Assembly (NCBI GenBank): GCA_002811645.1
Contig: PDIP01000061.1
Location: 1-52,962, forward strand
Source: Corallochytrium limacisporum Hawaii
Taxonomy: Eukaryota > Protista > Pluriformea
DNA: 52,962 nucleotides
Direction: 5' to 3'
In this document: piece by piece, positions 13,001-19,742 of the stretch
Layout: every line of letters starts with the position of its first letter
How positions within the stretch are numbered: the first letter of the stretch is position 1
Made by a program: the position numbers and the translations under genes
The notes under the pieces: generated by a model
Database searches by the model: none
Seen by the model: only the letters and a program-made list of their open reading frames with translations
What the model was told of the DNA's origin: nothing

Positions 13001-13462
13001 AATGCTGGCTCGGCGGGGGCTACACCACCAGGCCGCCGCGGTGTTGGAATTGCTCTGGATATGGCCGCCGTCGGTGTCGGTGGCACTGATGCAGCAACAT
13101 CAGGACTAGTCGGTAATGAAGAGGCCGCACTCTACGCCCGTGAAGTGTGGCGGGGAGTACAAAGAAAGCTCTTCCGGCCGATCCAACTTACGCAGGATCG
13201 TGATGGCAGTACGTACCCGCACCCATTGTCACAGCACCGTCCATCGCAGGATCTTGGCTATGGAGGACAGTTCCGGCAGTCGACAACCACTGATTACAGT
13301 CTGCGTCACGACTCGACTGCCTTTGACTTCTCCTCCAGCACGACCATGGCCACTCCAATCGACGACGCTGCGGTGCGCTCCATCGTCGACGATCTCATGC
13401 ACCAGGCCATGGATTCTGACCGATTGGCTCAGCTGTTTGAGGGCTGGACGGCTTGGATTTAG
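4094..13462 (+). CDS. SMG1: Serine/threonine kinase SMG1 (PIKK family, nonsense-mediated decay)
   Basis: 3122-aa single ORF. SMG1-type kinase motifs [34 protein letters not shown] and [25 protein letters not shown]; long post-kinase insertion; C-terminal FATC [13 protein letters not shown]. Confidence 0.95.
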   Translation: [3122 protein letters not shown]

Positions 13463-13893
13463 TTGTAATCGGAATATGACAGCATCAACACCAAACCAAC
13501 AATTTCAAGACATGGAATATATAACGTTACATGTAGAAAGATGACATATCGTCCAGGTTTTTCTGGGATGTCCGCCTATCCGCCAAACCGGGGCTGTCCC
13601 TGCCTTACCTCCCTCTCCCCAGGGAGCGATGGTAGCGGCCTGCTAGCGTGTGGGATAGCCGAGTCACCTGCGAACAGTCAATTTGCGGGTAGGGGGAGGG
13701 TACTTCAATCGCGAACAAATGGCGGGCGCTCTTGGCGAGAGATCTCGTCTGCATTTGTCTTCCTGACGACGCTTAGTGCTTTCCAGGGTTTAGTTCGGAT
13801 CCGAGGAATCGCCCAACACACCCTACAATCATGTGCTCATAGCCAATAAGAACGGAATGCTATGATAGAACACATACAAAGAACATATACGCC

Positions 13894-15354
13894 ATGGACG
13901 ATCTCCAGGATCAGAGGGACGAGTGCATGGCTCTCGAAGCCATCCTCGGATCCGATTGGTTCATGACGAACGACCGTAGCTCTGCAGAGGCAAGGGCTGG
14001 TGTTAAGTATGAAAAGAACCAATTGATCAAGGGACGACTACGAGTGGAAGTGATTCTCCCGGACGGAGGCGTGGATTGCTTTATTCCTTTGGCGCAGGCC
14101 ACCGGAGACATTAGGCACAATGAGACTAGTGACTGTGGCACGACCGTAGAACACACGACAAACACCGTAAAGAAGCGGAGCCAACACGTGGGAAGTGTAC
14201 AACATCTTCCTCCTATCGAGTTGTCCTTCACCCTGCCGGCAACCTACCCTTCGTCGGATGGTCCGATGTTTAGTTTGAGCTGCAAATGGATTTCGGAACC
14301 TGCGTTGCAAGTCCTTGGTAAGCGACTGGTTGGCCTCTGGGAGGGGCAGCTGGGGTCACCCGTTTTATACGCGTGGTACGAATTGCTCCAGAATGAGACC
14401 GGCGAAGAGCTGAATCTGATCAACGACAGACAGGAGATCACCTTACGCGTGCAGCACAGATCTGGGAATGGCCATGACCACGACGATGTCGACGACTCGT
14501 CTGAACCCATCATGCTGCGGATGGCAACTTTTGTCCAGGATGTGGCCACCATGCAGGGTCTTGTGAGGAACGTCCTTGATCACGACCGCCGCCGCCGGAA
14601 AGAAAAGTTCGACTCCGAGAACTGGGATTGTCAGATATGTTTTGGCGAAAAGATCGGAACGGAGTGCCATCGTCTGAGCAGGTGCGAACATGTCTACTGC
14701 AAGGAATGCCTCGGGGGCTACCTGCACGTCGTGATTAGTGATGGATCGGTCTCGAACATGTCCTGCCCTGATACTGAATGCAAACGCGAAATCGATCCTT
14801 CAGACGTTCGCTCGGTTGTCTCAGACGAGGATTTCCAGCGCTACGAACGGCTGCAATTACAAGCGGCGTTGGATGGTATGAAGGACATCACCTACTGTCC
14901 ACGACCCTCTTGCAACTTTCCCGTGATTCATGACCAAGACATTGACCAAGATGGTGAGACGCTGGGCGTTTGCCAAAAGTGCAGTTACGTATTTTGCACA
15001 CTCTGTCGGCGCACATACCACGGCGTGTCGCCATGTAAGATTGACAATCTCACTGAGGTACTACGCGACTATGAGGCCGCAGATGAGCAGAAGCGCGCGG
15101 AACTGGACCGGCGGTATGGGGCGAAGAAACTGCAGGAGGCACGTGGGGAAATGGCAAGCCACACGTGGATGGAAGAGAACACGAAGCGGTGTCCGGAGTG
15201 TAATGTGCCCATAGACAAGTTTGATGGCTGCAATAAGATGACCTGTTACCGCTGTCACTGTTACTTTTGTTGGCTCTGCGCATCTGTGCTTGACAAAGGC
15301 CAGCCGTACAAGCACTTCAACCCGTCCACCGGAGGGTGCGGGTCGACTCTTTGA
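13894..15354 (+). CDS. RNF14: RWD-RBR E3 ubiquitin ligase, RNF14/ARA54/Itt1 family
   Basis: N-terminal RWD (QRDECMALEAI, HLPPIELSFTLPATYPS), RING1 (CQIC...CEHVYCKEC), IBR (YCPRPSC...CQKCSYVFCTLC) and RING2 (CPEC...GCNKMTC...FCWLC). Confidence 0.92.
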   Translation: MDDLQDQRDECMALEAILGSDWFMTNDRSSAEARAGVKYEKNQLIKGRLRVEVILPDGGVDCFIPLAQATGDIRHNETSDCGTTVEHTTNTVKKRSQHVGSVQHLPPIELSFTLPATYPSSDGPMFSLSCKWISEPALQVLGKRLVGLWEGQLGSPVLYAWYELLQNETGEELNLINDRQEITLRVQHRSGNGHDHDDVDDSSEPIMLRMATFVQDVATMQGLVRNVLDHDRRRRKEKFDSENWDCQICFGEKIGTECHRLSRCEHVYCKECLGGYLHVVISDGSVSNMSCPDTECKREIDPSDVRSVVSDEDFQRYERLQLQAALDGMKDITYCPRPSCNFPVIHDQDIDQDGETLGVCQKCSYVFCTLCRRTYHGVSPCKIDNLTEVLRDYEAADEQKRAELDRRYGAKKLQEARGEMASHTWMEENTKRCPECNVPIDKFDGCNKMTCYRCHCYFCWLCASVLDKGQPYKHFNPSTGGCGSTL

Positions 15355-15502
15355 AGGGATTGAGGAAGGACTTGATGACATCGGGATTGGATACGTCATT
15401 GAACAGTTATAGGAGCAATAATTTCGTAGATTATTTGCATTAGTAGAGCGATGGTCGGATCCCGATCCGCCAATGGTTTTAATGTATGTGCTATATTTGG
15501 GT

Positions 15503-16339
15503 TTACTTCTTTGCTTTGGCCTTAGCCTTCGCCTTCGCCTTCGCTTTCGCTTTCGGATACTTTCGTTTCTTCGCCTTTGCTTTGGTCTTGCGTTTAATTT
15601 GCAGGGTGTTGGTCATGCCACCAACGTCAGCGGACCGTTGCGCAACCTTTTTTCTTCCCTTGGCACCCTTGCTCGCATCGGGGCCGTCCTCGTCGTCGAG
15701 CATGCGATTGCCCATTGGGTTATATGCGGTCTCCACATCATCCAGTTCTCCATGTGCAACATCTTCCCTACTAAGCATGTTGCCCTTATTTTGTAGATCA
15801 AACATATTGCTCGAGACACCGTCGATCCGAGCTGCTGTGTCTGTCATGCTCACGACCATGAAAGTGTTGCAAGGCTGTAGCTGTCCTTCGAAGACGTAGC
15901 CCTTCAGATCAAGTTTCACCTTAGGCTGCCCAGGTTCCCTGTCCGGTTTGACAAATATCTTGCCCACCGCTCCAATGTCTCCACTGAAGTCTAGCTCGTC
16001 CTCGGCATCGCATTCAAAGATGTACAATGTTCGCTTGATGTTGCTGGCCGTAGTCATGGTCATCTCGGAAGGGATCACGTTCGCTGCCTTCAATGCGGCT
16101 TTCTTCGCCGCAGCTGCATCCTTGACCTTCTTTCCAGGAGCTTTCTTGGCGTCCTTATTGTCTTCGCCATCCTTTCCTTTGCCCAGGCTCGAAAGGAAGC
16201 CCGTAGTCACCTCCTCGCCAGCCTCGTCCCCCTCATCAATCACGAAAATGTCGGTGTCATCTTCAGCCCCGTACGTGCTGTCAGCACCTCGAGCACTCGA
16301 CTGCGGTGTGGTATACTCTGAGTCTGTCAGAGCTGGCAT
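15503..16339 (-). CDS. BIN4/MIDGET-like DNA topoisomerase VI accessory protein with basic (KA)n tail
   Basis: First ATG at 16339 gives 278 aa. The block ECDAEDELDFSGDIGAVGK...LDLKGYVFEGQLQPCNTFMVVSM...ARIDGV matches the plant BIN4 core as recalled (ECEG..DLSGDMGAVGR...LDLKG..Y...P.RTFCVV...AKIEA). C-terminus is KAKAKAKAKAKAKAKK. Confidence 0.75.
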   Translation of the reverse strand: MPALTDSEYTTPQSSARGADSTYGAEDDTDIFVIDEGDEAGEEVTTGFLSSLGKGKDGEDNKDAKKAPGKKVKDAAAAKKAALKAANVIPSEMTMTTASNIKRTLYIFECDAEDELDFSGDIGAVGKIFVKPDREPGQPKVKLDLKGYVFEGQLQPCNTFMVVSMTDTAARIDGVSSNMFDLQNKGNMLSREDVAHGELDDVETAYNPMGNRMLDDEDGPDASKGAKGRKKVAQRSADVGGMTNTLQIKRKTKAKAKKRKYPKAKAKAKAKAKAKAKK

Positions 16340-16945
16340 GCTGTAGAAGGATACTAACAAATATCTAGACCTTCTACACTGTTTTACATACTCACGCGGG
16401 ATACTATCACCAAATGTTGTGCTCCCCGTTGGTGGTTCTAATTTCTGTTGTGTCGCTTCTGCACATAATCCAAGTTCACTGAGGCCTTCATGATTCAGAG
16501 TCACCAAATTAGTTTTATATACCACGAAACAGATCACTCAACTATTCAATTTGTCGGGACGGAATCAAACGATGAGAAAGACAAACAGACTGCACGTACG
16601 TACTCATTTGTCCGAGTGGAGGAGGGCTCTAAGCAGACCCTGGCCGCTATCGATCCCTACGCAGAACTCGGCGCGAAAACCTCTTGCGGGCACCCCCCCA
16701 TTCCCCATCCGTCCAAGGGGACAAGGGAGGTGGGGTGTTGGGGGGAGAGTCGGTCTGCGGGACTGGGTCGGGTCGGCACACAGCCGCGGAACCGTTCCAT
16801 GTTCTGCTGTTTTCGCAAGTGGATTTCTATTGCCATTAATGTGGTACTTAATCTCAACGCGAACATTGCCTGTGATTATCATTGCGCATGATACAAGGCT
16901 CACATGGAAATATACAAATGTCATGATACAGTGCAGAGGTAGAAT

Positions 16946-18154
16946 ATGACCAAGGCAGGTAATGGCGGTCGGGTCACGTTGGAGATCCAGGATCCGCAGG
17001 CGTTCATAGGGACTTTCCCACCGAGGCGCCCATTAACAGACGTAGAAATAGATCAAGATCAAATACTAGCTGAAACAACCGAGATTGTTGCACTGCAGGC
17101 AGAGCCCAATGGTGTTTTTGACACGGCCACAGCAGTCGGTAGCTGGCGGATGCTGCAACAGAGCTGGACTGAGGAAGAATCGAGACTCCTAAAGGAAGGC
17201 ATTCAGCGGTACGGTACAAACGATTGCAACTTGCTCGCACAGCACATTGGTACACGTAATTGCGTTGAGGTATGTATGGCTGTCGAAGCGCAGAATCTGA
17301 CCGACAGCACCATCACCAAGAGTATGCACCGTAGCGCGACTGCCTCCTCATTAGCTGCGCATGTGGCATTTTGCTGTGAGAAAGGTGCACAGGCAGAACA
17401 GGAGGTTCTGAACCAGTTCATTACGGAGGAACAAGTGGTTTTCGGTGTCAGTCCCGAAGAGAAGGCCAAAAAGCTTGAACAGATGCGGGCGGCACTGCCA
17501 ATTGAAATTGCAGACGACAGCAGCAGTGAAGAGGAAGACATCGAAGATGACGAGGACCTGGCCAGTGATGCGGACAAGCCCAATGTCGACCACCCTGTGG
17601 TCGGTCCCAAAGAAAAGAACGGCGGTCCCAGTAGGAAACAGGTCAGCATGTACCGCAATGGAATTACAATCCAGGTCAGATCGCAGACGTTGAGGTCTCT
17701 GTTGCCAAGACCGGCATCCGGATCGTGGCGAGCCCGTCTGCTCCTCGATGGGCCCTTGTCTCCCCAACAAAAATCAAGTGTCTCCCGCAGTCTTGTTTCA
17801 TACACTGCGCGCCTAATTGAGGCACTGCATGCCGTCCGATTGGCGCAGCGCAACAATTACGTCAATCTGCGAAAGGATACGGGTATGCCCGCGCACACCG
17901 TACAGAGCCTCGTGCGACTTATGAAGCGACGGGCAGTGATCTGCAGGCAGGACATGCACGGAGAGCGTATGCACGCACCCAGTACAGCTATGATGCGCTC
18001 GATACCCATCACGTACACTGTCGCAGAGGATGATAGAGCAAGGCGAGAGAAACTTGAAGAAAGCCAGGTGGAAGATGACAGCAGCGAGTCGTCGTCGTCA
18101 TCGTCGTCGTCCGCACCAGACGTAGACATCAATGACAGCAATGTTACTCTTTAA
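16946..18154 (+). CDS. SANT/Myb-domain protein of unknown function
   Basis: 402-aa ORF with ATG start; one SANT/Myb repeat (WTEEESRLLKEGIQRYG...LAQHIGTRNCVEV); acidic tracts. Confidence 0.75.
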   Translation: MTKAGNGGRVTLEIQDPQAFIGTFPPRRPLTDVEIDQDQILAETTEIVALQAEPNGVFDTATAVGSWRMLQQSWTEEESRLLKEGIQRYGTNDCNLLAQHIGTRNCVEVCMAVEAQNLTDSTITKSMHRSATASSLAAHVAFCCEKGAQAEQEVLNQFITEEQVVFGVSPEEKAKKLEQMRAALPIEIADDSSSEEEDIEDDEDLASDADKPNVDHPVVGPKEKNGGPSRKQVSMYRNGITIQVRSQTLRSLLPRPASGSWRARLLLDGPLSPQQKSSVSRSLVSYTARLIEALHAVRLAQRNNYVNLRKDTGMPAHTVQSLVRLMKRRAVICRQDMHGERMHAPSTAMMRSIPITYTVAEDDRARREKLEESQVEDDSSESSSSSSSSAPDVDINDSNVTL

Positions 18155-18204
18155 AGAAATAATACAGAATCTATGTACACTATGTAATGCTAAAACAAAA
18201 CTAT

Positions 18205-18807
18205 TTACCCGTTTGATGAATCGGTTGGCTGTGTATTGCTGGAGCCGTCGACATCGCTGTCCTCGTCAGCATTCGGATCCGCTGCGAGTGGTGGTTCAAT
18301 CAAATCGCCGGGAACCAGGCACGGCACCCAGGCCGCCAGTCCAGCCAATGTGTTCACCCACCGTGGACTCCGCTTTCCGACCAGATCATAGACCATGTCA
18401 CTTGCAAAGTGATTACAGTTTCTTGTCAATAAATGGTAAGCTCTTCCCTGGTATTGCACTCCTAGCTTCCAGGCCACATTCTGTACCTCAAACACGCTGG
18501 CCTTTGTGTAACCCATGTGAATAGTTTGACGGAACTTTAGGTCCGGCTGTGGCATATGTGCTAGTGCCAATGGCAGAGTAGTGAACACTCCAGTACCTGG
18601 TTGAGCGTGCGCCCCATAGGCATACTCCTTACCGTAGACTTCAACTCCGCTGTGGTAGGCTCCCATGCCAATGTAGTGCGCATACTCATTAGCCCAATGC
18701 ATATCATAAATGTGCAATAGTACCGGTGTGCCTTGCTGTTCGAAATCTGAGGACGCGTTGGACGAGTCCAATAGAGGCACAGCCGCCTCGTTCCTACCCT
18801 GTGACAT
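18205..18807 (-). CDS. DESI2: PPPDE/DeSI family deubiquitinating/desumoylating isopeptidase (DESI2-like)
   Basis: VLLHIYD, AYHSGVEVYGKEYAYG (catalytic His) and YHLLTRNCNHF (catalytic Cys). Confidence 0.9.
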   Translation of the reverse strand: MSQGRNEAAVPLLDSSNASSDFEQQGTPVLLHIYDMHWANEYAHYIGMGAYHSGVEVYGKEYAYGAHAQPGTGVFTTLPLALAHMPQPDLKFRQTIHMGYTKASVFEVQNVAWKLGVQYQGRAYHLLTRNCNHFASDMVYDLVGKRSPRWVNTLAGLAAWVPCLVPGDLIEPPLAADPNADEDSDVDGSSNTQPTDSSNG

Positions 18808-19217
18808 CTGCTATCTGCGCTATTTTCCTATCCGTCTGGCTCTTTCTGAAATCCTCATTCCAAAAGATGTTATTTGATCCCACGTTCCTTGCAATCCATC
18901 TATGTATTACACACCACTTACGCGCAATACATGTCAATACCATTCTTACAACCAGAGCCAGCGGTCTTCTGAAATAGCATCGATACCCCCTTGGCGCGCC
19001 TTGGGCTGGCGCAAATGGGGCAACCCTTATGCCGTCGATTTTCCTCCGAATTTCACGGCCCACTGGGAAGAAAACCTCACGGAGTGTATTAGAGTAAGTG
19101 GTCCAGAGAAAAAGTGCGGCCGAACTGATGCAGTTCCACCCACCCTGGGGCCCCCTGCCCTCCCCACTGGCACTACGGTCCCCACCCTTCGAGTCCACAC
19201 CGCGTTCCCCGGCGGGA

Positions 19218-19269
19218 ACCCCCCCGCCCCCCCCCGGGGGGGGGGGGGGGGGGGGGGCGGGGGGGGGGG
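19218..19269. repeat. C-run/G-run homopolymer island in the DESI2/ADA2 divergent spacer
   Basis: C9 directly followed by G22 and a further G run. Confidence 0.9.
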
Positions 19270-19742
19270 AAGGAGAGTAAGAGCCTCTCCGCCTCAAAGC
19301 GATACACCGTCTGCAACTGCATCTGTGCGGGCGTTCGAACACCATTCTCAGCATTGTGCTGTACCATTGGTGGGTTAATAAGTTTTCATAAAGGTATTAG
19401 AGCCATAGTTTTTCATGTTACAAATCTCCACAAATTGTGTGCGTGTACACGGTCTGAAAGACCGCATAACTTCTGCCGCGGGAAAGAATAATTGAGCTGG
19501 AATTGGGCTCATATTTCCTATAAATCTTTGCATTTGGCTTATGGACCGTAGAACAATAATTCCTTCTAATGTATTTTAATTCACAAAGCACGTGAGAAAA
19601 TACTCATTGTGAAATATAGTGATTCTTGTGCGGAAGACGGAACAATAAGTCTCACTCGTGTCCCTCCAAAAACTAAGCAAGTAGCGATGCTGGAATATTG
19701 AATAGCTCGTTGGAGGAGTTTTGACATCTACGAACACAAGAA

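Noticed and set aside
16340-16537. N-terminal extensions in the ORF track (also 24346, 27764 and 45628)
   Set aside because: They begin at GTG/TTG; for a eukaryote I used the first in-frame ATG.
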